The notes under the pieces: model-generated
The model's database searches: none
What the model saw: the letters and a program-made list of their open reading frames with translations, nothing else
Told to the model about the DNA's origin: nothing
Sequence record: DRR723986_3489
Direction: 5' to 3' (one strand)
Length of the DNA stretch: 64,000 nt
Program-made: the position numbers and the translations under genes
In this document: positions 9,046 to 19,298 of the stretch, piece after piece
Layout: each line of letters opens with the position of its first letter
Position numbering within the stretch: the first letter of the stretch is position 1

Positions 9046-9325
9046 GACTTATTAAATTTTAATTCGAGTGTCACGTTAAGTAAAAGCACCGAGAAGGAAT
9101 AAGTTCCGGATCGATTAACCAGACATCAAATTTATGCCCTTTTTAACCTTAATTACGACCCGATGTTGCCTTATCTTTAGTAACTTCAATAATCAAATGA
9201 TTTCATCCAGCTACAGGATGCACACTTGGAAAACGGTAAGCGATATGAAAATTCATATTCGCTGTGAAAATCAGTCTTCCGTACAAATTTATTTTAAAAG
9301 TTAAGGATTAAAAATTTACCCTGGA

Positions 9326-12289
9326 ATGAGCAGCAAGCTTTGGAGAGTTTTAGCAATAGGTTTTATTGGACTTACTTTTTCCTCTGGAAAACTCGACGAA
9401 TCATTATTAATAGAGGATCCATTGATTTCCACCGATCCAATATCCCAACTTAATTGGGTAGATTCTGTATTTAACAGTTTGACCTTTGAGGAGCGATTAG
9501 GGCAACTTTTTATGGTTGCTGCCTATTCCAATAAGGATCAGGCTCACGTAAATGAAATTAGTGAGCTAATAAAATCTGAGAATCTCGGCGGGTTGATTTT
9601 TTTTCAAGGAGGCCCGGATAGACAAGCCCGCCTTACCAATTATTACCAGGCACAATCCAAAACCCCACTTTTTATAGCCATGGATGCCGAATGGGGAATA
9701 AGCATGCGCTTGGACTCCGTACCTGACTTTCCTAAGGCAATGACTTTGGGAGCTGTGCAGGATGAAAAGCTAGTGTATGCTATGGGAAAAGAAATGGCCC
9801 GACAATTTAAAGAATTGGGAATGCACATCAATTTTGCTCCCGTGGTGGATGTGAATTCGAATCCAGATAACCCGGTAATCGGATATCGTGCCTTTGGGGG
9901 AGAAAAAGAAGTGGTAGCACAGCATGCTGTTTCTTATATGAAAGGCCTTCAGGACAATGGAGTGATTGCAAACGCTAAACATTTCCCTGGTCATGGAGAC
10001 ACAGAAGCGGATAGTCATTATTCTTTGCCTGTGATCAAGAATCCCGAGCATCAGATTTGGGATGTGGATTTGTACCCTTATCAAGAGCTATTCAAAGAAA
10101 ACTTGATGTCGGTGATGGTAGCTCATTTGAACGTCCCAAGTTTAGATGATGAAGGCAACATAGCAACTAGCCTTTCTAAAAAAGTCGTGACAGACCTCCT
10201 GCAAAACCGAATGAATTTTCAAGGTTTGATTTTCACTGACGCACTAAACATGAAAGGTGTGGCAGTAGCAAATGCTCCAGGTGAGGTGGATTTGAAAGCA
10301 TTATTGGCTGGAAATGATGTATTGCTTTATTCCCAAGATGTCCCAAAAGCCAAAATGCTAATCAAGCAGGCAGTAGCCGATGGAAAAATTACTGAGAAAG
10401 AAATAGACAGAAGAGTTAAGAAAATATTAAAGGCGAAGTATTGGGCGGGATTGAATAATTACAAACCAATCAATACCTACAAACTAGTAGATCGATTGGA
10501 TACTCCTGAGACTGAGGTAATCATCGAGAGCCTTTATGCTGACGCCTTCACTGTGGCAACCAATAAGGACGACTTAATCCCATTCAAAAACCTGGATTTG
10601 AATTCATTTGCAAGTTTGAGTATTGGGGATGAGGGTAAAGAATTTCAAAAATACCTTAGCAAATACACCAAGTTTGATCATTTCAAGATCGACAAAGCAG
10701 CTAATGAAACAACTCATAACAATACGCTGAAGCAATTAGAAGATTACGATGTGATTGTAGTGGGTTTGATGGGAGTGACCAATAGTCCAAGACGTAAGTT
10801 CGGTGTAGCTCCGGCTGACGTGCAGCTGATCAAAGATTTAGCGAAAAGACAGAAAGTTGTTACGGTACTTTTCGGAAATGCTTATGCTTCTGAACAGTTG
10901 CAGGGGCTAGGTAATGTAGTTTTTGCCTATGAAAACAATGAGGTAACTCAGGAATTAGCTCCCCAGATTTTATTCGGAGGCAGGGCTGCCAAAGGTATTT
11001 TACCTGTTTCAGTAAATGAGCAATTTGCGCATGGAGTGGGGGGATATTTGGCTCCAAGCAGTAGACTTTCTTATAGTACGCCGGAAAGCGTAGGCTTAGA
11101 TGGTAAAATTTTGGATAAAATCGATGCTGTTGCGGAAAAAGCAATTCGAATTCAAGCTACTCCGGGTGCGAATGTAATGGTAGTAAAGGATGGGAAAGTG
11201 GTTTTTGAAAGATCTTATGGAAAACTGGAATACAAGTCCAGCCCTGAGGTGAACTCTGAAACTGTTTTTGATTTAGCTTCCATTACAAAGGTTTTGGCAA
11301 CAACCCAGGCGGTGATGTTTTTGGAAAGTAGGGGTGAATTGGATATGGGAAATACGCTGGAAGACTATTTGCCAGAGCTCAAAGGCACCAATAAAGGTAA
11401 AATGATCCTTAGTGATGTGATGGCTCATGAAGCAGGGCTGGTGGCATTTATCCCCTACTATGCAAGAACCGTAGAAGCTGGACAATGGCGAGGTGATTAT
11501 TACAAACCCAATGCAGCGCCAGGATTTACAAGGCCAGTCTCCAATGATATGTATGGAATGGATGCGCTACGTGACAGCATCTGGCATTGGACTATAGAAT
11601 CAAAAGTTACCCCGATTCCACGGGGAGCTAGCAAACATAAATATGTGTACTCTGATCTCACAATGTATTTGATGCAGGCTGTGGTTGAAAGAGTGGTAAA
11701 TCAACCCTTAGAAACCTTTTTGGATCAAAATTTCTATGCCCCCTTAGGTCTTAACACGATGACTTTCAATCCGGCTTTGAAGATACCGATTGATAATATA
11801 GCACCGACCGAAAATGATATCACCTGGAGAAAAAGACAGGTACAGGGATATGTACACGATCAGGGCGCTGCGATGTATGGCGGAGTAGCGGGCCATGCCG
11901 GACTTTTTGGCAAAGCAAATGACCTGGCAGTGATGATGCAAATGATGCTGAATGGAGGCAATTATGGGGGTGTGAATCTGATCCGTCCGGAGACGGTGGA
12001 AAAATTCACCAAAAATCAATCCCGCCAAAGCCGTAGAGGTTGGGGTTGGGATAAGCCAAATACTGAAGTAGGGAGTGGAGGTTCGGCCGGAGATTTGGCT
12101 CCAAAATCTACCTTTGGACACACTGGCTTTACAGGAACCTGTGTATGGGCCGATCCGGATAATAATCTGATTTATATCTTTCTTTCCAATCGCGTCTACC
12201 CAGATGCTACCAACACCAAGCTGCTAAAAGAAGGAATTCGTACTGATATTCATGATATCATTTATGAAGCAATGGGCAAGAAAAAGTAG
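9326..12289 (+). CDS. GH3 beta-N-acetylglucosaminidase fused to a beta-lactamase-fold (class C-like) serine hydrolase
   Basis: KHFPGHGDTEADSH (NagZ-type), TDAL nucleophile region, C-terminal ASITK (SxxK), YSD and HTGFTG. Confidence 0.9.
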   Translation: MSSKLWRVLAIGFIGLTFSSGKLDESLLIEDPLISTDPISQLNWVDSVFNSLTFEERLGQLFMVAAYSNKDQAHVNEISELIKSENLGGLIFFQGGPDRQARLTNYYQAQSKTPLFIAMDAEWGISMRLDSVPDFPKAMTLGAVQDEKLVYAMGKEMARQFKELGMHINFAPVVDVNSNPDNPVIGYRAFGGEKEVVAQHAVSYMKGLQDNGVIANAKHFPGHGDTEADSHYSLPVIKNPEHQIWDVDLYPYQELFKENLMSVMVAHLNVPSLDDEGNIATSLSKKVVTDLLQNRMNFQGLIFTDALNMKGVAVANAPGEVDLKALLAGNDVLLYSQDVPKAKMLIKQAVADGKITEKEIDRRVKKILKAKYWAGLNNYKPINTYKLVDRLDTPETEVIIESLYADAFTVATNKDDLIPFKNLDLNSFASLSIGDEGKEFQKYLSKYTKFDHFKIDKAANETTHNNTLKQLEDYDVIVVGLMGVTNSPRRKFGVAPADVQLIKDLAKRQKVVTVLFGNAYASEQLQGLGNVVFAYENNEVTQELAPQILFGGRAAKGILPVSVNEQFAHGVGGYLAPSSRLSYSTPESVGLDGKILDKIDAVAEKAIRIQATPGANVMVVKDGKVVFERSYGKLEYKSSPEVNSETVFDLASITKVLATTQAVMFLESRGELDMGNTLEDYLPELKGTNKGKMILSDVMAHEAGLVAFIPYYARTVEAGQWRGDYYKPNAAPGFTRPVSNDMYGMDALRDSIWHWTIESKVTPIPRGASKHKYVYSDLTMYLMQAVVERVVNQPLETFLDQNFYAPLGLNTMTFNPALKIPIDNIAPTENDITWRKRQVQGYVHDQGAAMYGGVAGHAGLFGKANDLAVMMQMMLNGGNYGGVNLIRPETVEKFTKNQSRQSRRGWGWDKPNTEVGSGGSAGDLAPKSTFGHTGFTGTCVWADPDNNLIYIFLSNRVYPDATNTKLLKEGIRTDIHDIIYEAMGKKK

Positions 12290-12295
12290 AATTGA

Positions 12296-13246
12296 TTAAA
12301 AAGGCAATTTTCCCAAATCTACATTACCTCCGGAAAGGATAATACCGACTTTTTTTCCTCGGAATCTATCTTGATTTGCAAGCAGAGCTGCTAAGGGAAC
12401 AGCACAAGAAGGTTCTATGACTATTTTCATGCGCTCATAAATCAATCGCATGGCTCCTATGATTTGAGGATCTGTGGCTAACAAAATATCCGAAACATAA
12501 GCTTCTATCAGTTCAAAATTCAAAACTCCCAGCGAAGTCAATAATCCATCTGCAATGGTGTTTGGGCCTGATTGAGGAATGATTTTTCCAGCGTGGAAAG
12601 ACTGAAATGCATCGTCGGCCCCCTGAGGTTCGGCAGCGATTACTTTTATGTTTGAATTTAGGTAATGTGCCGTTAGCGCCGTTCCACCTAGCAAACCTCC
12701 ACCGCCGACCGGAGCCATTATAATATCTATATCGCTTTGATCTTCGATTAGCTCAAGAGCGCAAGTTGCCTGTCCTTCGATCACGTCCATAAAATCATAA
12801 GGAGGAATAAAAGTTGCTCCGGTTCTTTCAACCACACTTTCCAAGGTAGTCTCTCGGGCTTTCAGGTTAGGCTCACATTCTATGATTTTACCACCATAGC
12901 CTTTAACAGCTTTCTTTTTGATTTCCGGAGCATTTGAAGGCATTACAATGTAAGCTGGAATCCCAGCGACAGAAGCCGCCCTAGCTAAAGCCGCCGCATG
13001 ATTTCCGCTGCTGTGGGTTGCTACTCCTTTTGACTTTTGTGAATCCGTAAGTTTCATCACTGCATTTGCCGCTCCTCGAGCTTTGAATGCTCCAACTTTC
13101 TGGAAGTTCTCACATTTAAAAAAAATCTCACATCCTGCGATCTCATTGATTGCTGATGAAGTCAAAATAGGCGTGCGATGAATAAAAGGCTGAATGCGAT
13201 CGTGTGCAGCTTGAATATCATCGATTGTTGGAAAAGCAGTGTTCAT
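12296..13246 (-). CDS. Fold-type II PLP enzyme, serine racemase / serine-threonine dehydratase family
   Basis: FKCENFQKVGAFKARGA, THSSGNH, PVGGGGL, SGGNVD; no ACT domain. Confidence 0.88.
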   Translation of the reverse strand: MNTAFPTIDDIQAAHDRIQPFIHRTPILTSSAINEIAGCEIFFKCENFQKVGAFKARGAANAVMKLTDSQKSKGVATHSSGNHAAALARAASVAGIPAYIVMPSNAPEIKKKAVKGYGGKIIECEPNLKARETTLESVVERTGATFIPPYDFMDVIEGQATCALELIEDQSDIDIIMAPVGGGGLLGGTALTAHYLNSNIKVIAAEPQGADDAFQSFHAGKIIPQSGPNTIADGLLTSLGVLNFELIEAYVSDILLATDPQIIGAMRLIYERMKIVIEPSCAVPLAALLANQDRFRGKKVGIILSGGNVDLGKLPF

Positions 13247-13335
13247 GGACTAAAATTAAAGAGAAAAAGAGAAAGGAGATTTAGAGATTGGAGAAATAGT
13301 TAACTGACTTAAGGATGATTATTTATCTTCAGGGC

Positions 13336-14004
13336 ATGAATTGGAATACGTTGGATTTTTTCCCAGTGATGGGTGAAAAGCTGAATTTAGGGAATACTGT
13401 CAAATTGGATTTCAGTCCATCAAATCCAGATTTGGAAACCTTGGACTTGTCAAATACTGCGGCATTTGATGATAATGTGACTAGGCAAATCAAGAACTCT
13501 GGCAGTACCTATGGAATTGGTGGCTATTTAGAACATAGAGCTATTTACCGTAGAAGTGCTGTGTTTGCTACTTCAGAAGCTGATTTTCGGAATATTCATC
13601 TCGGTGTGGATATCTGGACTGAAGCTGGAGCACCAGTATATTCTCCTTTTGAAGGAAAAATCCACAGTTTTCAAGACAATGTCGGTTTCGGGAATTATGG
13701 AGCTACGATCATTTTAGAGCATGAGGTTTTTGAAAAAAAGCTCTATTCCCTTTATGGTCATCTTTTTCTGTCTGATCTAGAAGGATTAGAGATCGGCCAG
13801 GAAGTGAAAGTTGGAGACCTCATCGCTCATATTGGTCCTTTTCCGGAAAATGGCGATTGGCCCCCGCATTTACATTTCCAATTGATGTGGGATTTGATGG
13901 GGTATTTTGGTGATTTTCCAGGAGTTTGTTCTAAGCGTGACATGGACATATATCAAGCGAATTGCCCAGACCCTAATCTCATTTTGCGAAGCGAAGTACT
14001 TTAG
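13336..14004 (+). CDS. M23 family metallopeptidase-like protein without a signal peptide
   Basis: HLGVD (HxxxD), YGHL, PHLHFQ (HxH). ATG 13336 preferred over 13315. Confidence 0.82.
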   Translation: MNWNTLDFFPVMGEKLNLGNTVKLDFSPSNPDLETLDLSNTAAFDDNVTRQIKNSGSTYGIGGYLEHRAIYRRSAVFATSEADFRNIHLGVDIWTEAGAPVYSPFEGKIHSFQDNVGFGNYGATIILEHEVFEKKLYSLYGHLFLSDLEGLEIGQEVKVGDLIAHIGPFPENGDWPPHLHFQLMWDLMGYFGDFPGVCSKRDMDIYQANCPDPNLILRSEVL

Positions 14005-14771
14005 GAATTGGCTTCTGTAATCAATCGCAATCCTTCCAGCGTCAAGTTTCTGTCGATTTCCTCGAAAACTTCCGCTAATGGAGTTAAAACCGAGGAAAGT
14101 CCTCCCGTGGCAATTACTTGAAATTTCTGCTTAGTTTCATTTTCAATTGCTTCTAGCATCCCTTTTACCAAGCCTGTGTATCCATATAAAATCCCTGCTT
14201 GTATCGCATGAATGGTGTTTTGGCCCAGTGCCGATTCCGGCATTTTCAAGGCTACTTCTGGGAGTTTGGATGTATTCTGAAAAAGCGAATTGAGTGCAGT
14301 TTTCAGCCCTGGAACAATGTTTACCCCTATAATTTCACCTTTGTCATCTACTACAGTAAAAGTAAGAGCAGTTCCAAAATCCACTACTATTAATGCCTTT
14401 CGGTACTTTGTATGAGCCGCCATCACATTGCACATCAGGTCAGTACCTATTTCATTTGGCCGAAGGCTTTTGATTGGAAGCTTTTTAAAACTTGCAGGTG
14501 AAATAAGGTAAGGCTGAGTACCGAAGTAATTCTCACAAAATTGAAGAATCTGTTCATTGATCTCTGGAACTACAGAGCTAAACCCGATCTGATTGATATC
14601 TGAGGGACTAATGCCATGCTCCAAAAAATACATCGGGACTTTCTTGTGAAGCTGGGCTGCGAATTTTGCGGCATGTGTTTCGATCCGGAAGTGATTTTTC
14701 CAGCTTTCATTCTTTTCATCGTACAACGCAAAAACCACATTTGAATTCCCCGCATCTATTGCTAAAAACAT
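14001..14771 (-). CDS. coaX: Type III pantothenate kinase
   Basis: LAIDAGNSN, SSVVP, VVDFGTALT, ATGG. Confidence 0.95.
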   Translation of the reverse strand: MFLAIDAGNSNVVFALYDEKNESWKNHFRIETHAAKFAAQLHKKVPMYFLEHGISPSDINQIGFSSVVPEINEQILQFCENYFGTQPYLISPASFKKLPIKSLRPNEIGTDLMCNVMAAHTKYRKALIVVDFGTALTFTVVDDKGEIIGVNIVPGLKTALNSLFQNTSKLPEVALKMPESALGQNTIHAIQAGILYGYTGLVKGMLEAIENETKQKFQVIATGGLSSVLTPLAEVFEEIDRNLTLEGLRLITEANS

Positions 14772-14833
14772 TGTTTCTCGGATTTGATTAAATTAGCCTT
14801 TCCCAAAATTAATCGGATTATTAAACTTTGAAC

Positions 14834-15310
14834 ATGTATACTTTAAGAGAAGGAAAAATCGAGGATCTCCCTCGGGTGTTGGAATTGATAAATGAGCTCG
14901 CACTTTACGAAAAAGCTCCTGAGCAAGTTACTAATACCGTTGCCATGATGGAAGCTGATGGATTTGGTCCGAACCCTGTTTTTGGAATGTTTGTCTGTGA
15001 AAAAAATGAGAGTTCGGAGATTATTGGAATTGCGATCTATTACTACCGCTACAGTACATGGAAGGGAAAAAGGATTTACCTAGAAGATCTGGTAGTTACT
15101 CAATCTGAACGAGGACATGGAGCTGGCAAATTACTTTTTGATCGCATCATGAAAAAAGGCTTGGAGGAAAATTGCACTGGAATGATGTGGCAAGTGCTCG
15201 ACTGGAATGAACCAGCAATCAATTTTTACAATAAATATGGCGCCACCCTAGAAGCTGGCTGGCTAAACGCCCACCTACAAGATTATGAAATCAAAAAAAT
15301 TCTAAAATAA
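14834..15310 (+). CDS. GNAT N-acetyltransferase, diamine/SSAT-like
   Basis: ELALYEK, YSTWKGKRIYLEDL, RGHGAG, VLDWNEPAINFY. Confidence 0.88.
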   Translation: MYTLREGKIEDLPRVLELINELALYEKAPEQVTNTVAMMEADGFGPNPVFGMFVCEKNESSEIIGIAIYYYRYSTWKGKRIYLEDLVVTQSERGHGAGKLLFDRIMKKGLEENCTGMMWQVLDWNEPAINFYNKYGATLEAGWLNAHLQDYEIKKILK

Positions 15311-15315
15311 GAGTC

Positions 15316-15355
15316 TTATTGCAAATGCAATATAATGGTATTGCATTTGCAATAA
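15316..15355. promoter_or_regulatory. Perfect 17-bp inverted repeat with 6-nt spacer, likely TA operator
   Basis: TTATTGCAAATGCAATA-taatgg-TATTGCATTTGCAATAA, 35 nt upstream of the antitoxin ATG. Confidence 0.75.
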
Positions 15356-15390
15356 ATATGTGTAACTTAGTGTGGGTTAATTGAATAGCT

Positions 15391-15858
15391 ATGACACACA
15401 CTTGGAAAATTTCATTTGGCGAGGCTGGTGCTGAGACCATACTTACAGGTCATGATTCTTATTATTTTTTCCAAGAAGCTATTTCCATGGTGAGCGAGCC
15501 AGCCGCAGTTTATGATGTTGCGGTTACATTTCATGATACAGGAGAGATTTTTGACTTTTTAGATTTTACCCAGCAGGATGTCTCTGAGATGCTAGAGGTA
15601 GATCCGAGTACACTTTCACGCTGGCGCAAAGAAGATAGAAAGCTCTCCAAAATGCTTACTAAGAGTATTTTGGAGATGGACCAAGTGATTGCCAAAGGCA
15701 TCAGGATTTTCGGTTCCGAAGAGTTGCTATCGCAATGGCTGCACACTGAGAATTCATCCCTTGGAGGTCAAAAGCCATCCACACTTATGAAGAGTCCTTA
15801 TGGTGTCGATCGTGTGAATGAGGCCATGGAGGCTATGTCTTGGGGTTCTATTCTGTAG
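15391..15858 (+). CDS. Xre/MbcA/ParS-type antitoxin
   Basis: HTH segment QQDVSEMLEVDPSTLSRW; C-terminal IFGSEELLSQWLHTENSSLGGQKPSTLM. Confidence 0.85.
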   Translation: MTHTWKISFGEAGAETILTGHDSYYFFQEAISMVSEPAAVYDVAVTFHDTGEIFDFLDFTQQDVSEMLEVDPSTLSRWRKEDRKLSKMLTKSILEMDQVIAKGIRIFGSEELLSQWLHTENSSLGGQKPSTLMKSPYGVDRVNEAMEAMSWGSIL

Positions 15859-15861
15859 AAA

Positions 15862-16320
15862 GTGAAGTATTTCCGACTAACTGAAAACCTAGTAGGTAGA
15901 AGTTCGCTCGGCTTTGGTATTGGGGCAGGAAGGTGGAATCAATACGGTACACCAATTATCTATGGATGCAGTGTGTCATCACTAAATTTTCTGGAGCTTC
16001 TCAGTATTAAAGGGCCAATAGTTACCCAAAGAAAGTGGAAGATAGTTGTTCTTGAGATACAAACTCCAATACCTGAATTAGATGCTTCGCTGTTACCCTC
16101 AGACTGGAAAAATAGACCCCATCCTAAATCAACACAGGAGTTTGGTACAGCCTGGGCAAAAGGGATGATTTCTCCTGCTCTGAAAATCCCCTCCTGTAAA
16201 ATTCCTTTAAAAAGCTATCCAAGTGAGCATAATCTGCTGATCAATCCTCTCCATCCTGATTTTCAAAATTCAGTGAAAGTAGTGGAAGAATGGGATGTGA
16301 GTTTTGAGGTGAATTCTTAG
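15862..16320 (+). CDS. RES-domain toxin (NAD+ phosphorylase family)
   Basis: N-terminal Arg, GAGRWN, Y...LE, IPS, EHNLLINPLHPDF; GTG start 3 nt after the antitoxin stop. Confidence 0.88.
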   Translation: MKYFRLTENLVGRSSLGFGIGAGRWNQYGTPIIYGCSVSSLNFLELLSIKGPIVTQRKWKIVVLEIQTPIPELDASLLPSDWKNRPHPKSTQEFGTAWAKGMISPALKIPSCKIPLKSYPSEHNLLINPLHPDFQNSVKVVEEWDVSFEVNS

Positions 16321-16371
16321 AATTCTAAAATTGGAAAATTGGAAGATTAAAAATTCTATTGCTAGTAAAAC

Positions 16372-16392
16372 AAAAAACCGGCTAATGCCGGT
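16372..16392 (-). terminator. Intrinsic terminator of guaB
   Basis: ACCGGC-taat-GCCGGT hairpin with a U-tract on the minus strand. Confidence 0.65.
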
Positions 16393-16423
16393 CTCTTGTC
16401 AATATTTCTATTCTTCTAGCTTG

Positions 16424-17902
16424 TTATCCTTTCAAGCTATAATTAGGAGCTTCTCTAGTCACAGATACATCGTGAGGATGTGATTCTTTCACACCTGCTG
16501 CAGTGATTTTTACAAATTTTCCGTTTTTCTGAAGATCTTCAATAGTCTGAGTTCCGCAGTAACCCATACCAGCCTGAAGTCCACCTACCAACTGATAAAG
16601 AACCTCCGATACTAATCCTTTGAAAGGAACACGGCCGACGATTCCTTCTGGAACCAGCTTTTTGATATTGTCTTCAGCGTCTTGGAAATAACGGTCTTTG
16701 GAACCTGATTCCATTGCTTCAAGAGAACCCATACCTCTGTAAGACTTGAATTTTCTTCCTTGGAAAATGATCATTTCACCTGGAGCTTCCTCTGTTCCTG
16801 CTAGCAAAGAGCCAATCATAATAGAGCTTCCGCCTGCAGCAATCGCTTTAACTAAATCACCTGAATAGCGAATTCCACCATCTGCGATTACGGGAACTCC
16901 GCGACCTTTTAATGCTTCAGAGCATTCAAACACTGCAGATAATTGAGGAACACCTACACCTGCAATGATTCTAGTAGTACAGATAGATCCTGGTCCAACT
17001 CCTACTTTTACCGCATCAGCTCCTGCATCTGCTAGTGCAATTGCTGCTTCAGGAGTAGCAATATTTCCTACAATCACTTCCAGATCAGGGAAAGCATCTT
17101 TTATTTTTCTACAAGTTTCGATTACTCCCTTTGAGTGACCATGTGCAGTATCAATAGAAACCACGTCAACACCTGCATTTTTCAATGCTTCTACTCGCTC
17201 CACAATATCTGCCGTCACACCAACTGCTGCTCCTACACGTAGTCTTCCAAACTCATCCTTACAAGCATTTGGCTTGTCTTTTCTCTTCAAAATATCCTTG
17301 TAAGTAATCAAGCCAGTTAGCTTGCACTCATCGTCAACGATTGGAAGTTTCTCAATTTTATATTCTTGAAGAATCTCTTCAGCTTGCTCTAGTGATACAC
17401 CAGATTTAGCCGTAATGAGATTGTCAATTGTCATGATCTCACGAATAGGGCGATCCTGATCTTTAATGAAGCGAAGATCACGGTTGGTAATAATACCTTT
17501 CAAAACCTTGTTTTCATCGACTACAGGAATACCACCTATATGATATTCACGCATGATAGTCTCAGCATCCCTAACTTTCGCATCAATATGAAGCGTAATA
17601 GGATCGAGGATCATACCAGCCTGGGAACGCTTAACTTTACGTACTTGCGCTGCCTGCTGCTCGATTGACATGTTCTTGTGAACAAATCCAAGACCACCCT
17701 CAAGAGCAATGGCAATAGCCAATTCAGCCTCAGTGACCGTGTCCATAGCAGCGGAAACTAAAGGAATGTTTAGCCTGATTTTCTTGGTGAGTTGGGTAGA
17801 GGTATTCGTGTCACGTGGAAGGACTTCTGAATAACCTGGGACAAGAAGCACGTCGTCGTAGGTGAGTGCTTCGTAGAGGAACTTGTCGGAATTTCTATTC
17901 AT
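16424..17902 (-). CDS. guaB: IMP dehydrogenase
   Basis: [12 protein letters not shown] pair, GPGSICTTR catalytic Cys, YRGMGS. Confidence 0.98.
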   Translation of the reverse strand: MNRNSDKFLYEALTYDDVLLVPGYSEVLPRDTNTSTQLTKKIRLNIPLVSAAMDTVTEAELAIAIALEGGLGFVHKNMSIEQQAAQVRKVKRSQAGMILDPITLHIDAKVRDAETIMREYHIGGIPVVDENKVLKGIITNRDLRFIKDQDRPIREIMTIDNLITAKSGVSLEQAEEILQEYKIEKLPIVDDECKLTGLITYKDILKRKDKPNACKDEFGRLRVGAAVGVTADIVERVEALKNAGVDVVSIDTAHGHSKGVIETCRKIKDAFPDLEVIVGNIATPEAAIALADAGADAVKVGVGPGSICTTRIIAGVGVPQLSAVFECSEALKGRGVPVIADGGIRYSGDLVKAIAAGGSSIMIGSLLAGTEEAPGEMIIFQGRKFKSYRGMGSLEAMESGSKDRYFQDAEDNIKKLVPEGIVGRVPFKGLVSEVLYQLVGGLQAGMGYCGTQTIEDLQKNGKFVKITAAGVKESHPHDVSVTREAPNYSLKG

Positions 17903-17947
17903 GGCAAATATTGGTATGGAGGTAACCCTATTTGCCCGTCAAAGTTA
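17903..17947 (-). promoter_or_regulatory. guaB promoter (TAACTTTG) and 5'UTR hairpin GGCAAATA/TATTTGCC adjoining the ATG
   Basis: -7 element at 17947-17940; 8-bp stem between 17936-17929 and 17910-17903. Confidence 0.65.
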
Positions 17948-18110
17948 CACACAAAATTCAATGCCAAACTAATCCTCTCCAAAATAAATTTGGAATACCG
18001 GCCTGTTTCTAGTCTAAACCAAATATGAAGGCAGGAAGAAAATAGTTTGAAATTGAATTAATGTGGATAGCTAACTTCTTTTTATGTGTAAAATGAGGTA
18101 TTGTGAAAAT

Positions 18111-19298
18111 CTACTTTTTCTGAAGTCTAGCAATATAGAATCCATCAAACCCGCTTTCCTGCGCTAGTACTTTCTGATCTTCGATCAATGTGAAATCTTT
18201 TCCAGCTTCGCTTTCCAGAAATTTAGCGATTTGATCCTGATTTTCGGAAGGCAAAATACTGCAAGTAGCATAGACCATTTGACCTCCTGGCTTGACCATG
18301 GATGGATAGCTTTGGAGGATTTCCTGCTGCGTCTGACGCACTTTCTCAATAGACTCTTCACTCAGCTTCCACTTAGTATCAGGATTTCTACGAAGAACTC
18401 CCAAGCCAGAACAAGGAACGTCTAAAAGTAATCTGTCGGCTGTTTCCTTCATTCTTTTGATCGTCTTAGAACCTTCAATTACCTTTCGCTCAATGATGGA
18501 AACCCCGTCTCGGCGCGCTCTAAGCTTGGTTTGCTGTAGTTTCCATTCTTCCACGTCCATTGAGAGAACTTTTCCTTTGTTCTGCATCAAAGCGGCTATG
18601 TGTAGGGATTTCCCTCCAGCACCTGCACAGGCATCGATTACCCGCATTCCCGGCTCCACAGCAAGTGCAGCGGCAACTAATTGCGAAGAGGCATCTTGTA
18701 CTTCAAAGTGACCTTCTTTGAAAGCAGGATTTCGGAATACGTTTGTACGTTCATCCAGAATCAAGGCATCCGGATAACCTTTGATAATATGGGTATGGAT
18801 ATTATCCTCTGCCAATCTATTTTTCAGACGCTCGCGGGTAGTCTTAAGCGTATTTACACGCAATACTACTTGAGCTTCCTGATTCAAACTGTGGATTTCA
18901 GCTTCCCATTTGTCTCCCAATTCTTTCTTTCCTAGATCAAAAAGCCAATCAGGGACAGACTCCAATTTGGCTGGATCATCCAGTTTCTCGTACTTTTCTT
19001 TAAGCTTGTCAGGGTTGATTTTTGCAAACTCTTCCCATGGTGGAAGTGTGTGTCCCTGCATCAACCAATAGGTTCCAAAAAGATCATAGGGCTCCTTACT
19101 TGGGCTCAAATAATTGATTAAACGCCACCAACGAACCATCTCATAGGTAGTCTCAGCAATGAAAGAACGATCTCTCGCCCCCCATTTTGGATTGGATTTC
19201 AGTGTTCTTTCGATTACTTTATCAGCGTACTGACCTTCTTCAAAAATGGCTGCAAGTGCGGTATGAACTCCGCGGATGGTGTTGTTGTGTAGCTTCAT
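18111..19298 (-). CDS. RsmB/NOP family RNA m5C methyltransferase
   Basis: VQDASSQ, DACAGAGGKS, DVPCSGLG, YATCS. Confidence 0.93.
   Translation of the reverse strand: MKLHNNTIRGVHTALAAIFEEGQYADKVIERTLKSNPKWGARDRSFIAETTYEMVRWWRLINYLSPSKEPYDLFGTYWLMQGHTLPPWEEFAKINPDKLKEKYEKLDDPAKLESVPDWLFDLGKKELGDKWEAEIHSLNQEAQVVLRVNTLKTTRERLKNRLAEDNIHTHIIKGYPDALILDERTNVFRNPAFKEGHFEVQDASSQLVAAALAVEPGMRVIDACAGAGGKSLHIAALMQNKGKVLSMDVEEWKLQQTKLRARRDGVSIIERKVIEGSKTIKRMKETADRLLLDVPCSGLGVLRRNPDTKWKLSEESIEKVRQTQQEILQSYPSMVKPGGQMVYATCSILPSENQDQIAKFLESEAGKDFTLIEDQKVLAQESGFDGFYIARLQKK

Noticed and set aside
9046-9325. Possible sRNA or riboswitch in the 280-nt divergent intergenic region
   Set aside because: Only a short CATCC/GGATG hairpin is visible, with no recognisable aptamer or terminator.
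11060-12289. Beta-lactamase domain as an antibiotic-resistance gene
   Set aside because: It is fused to a GH3 enzyme and fits cell-wall recycling better; the fold alone does not imply resistance.
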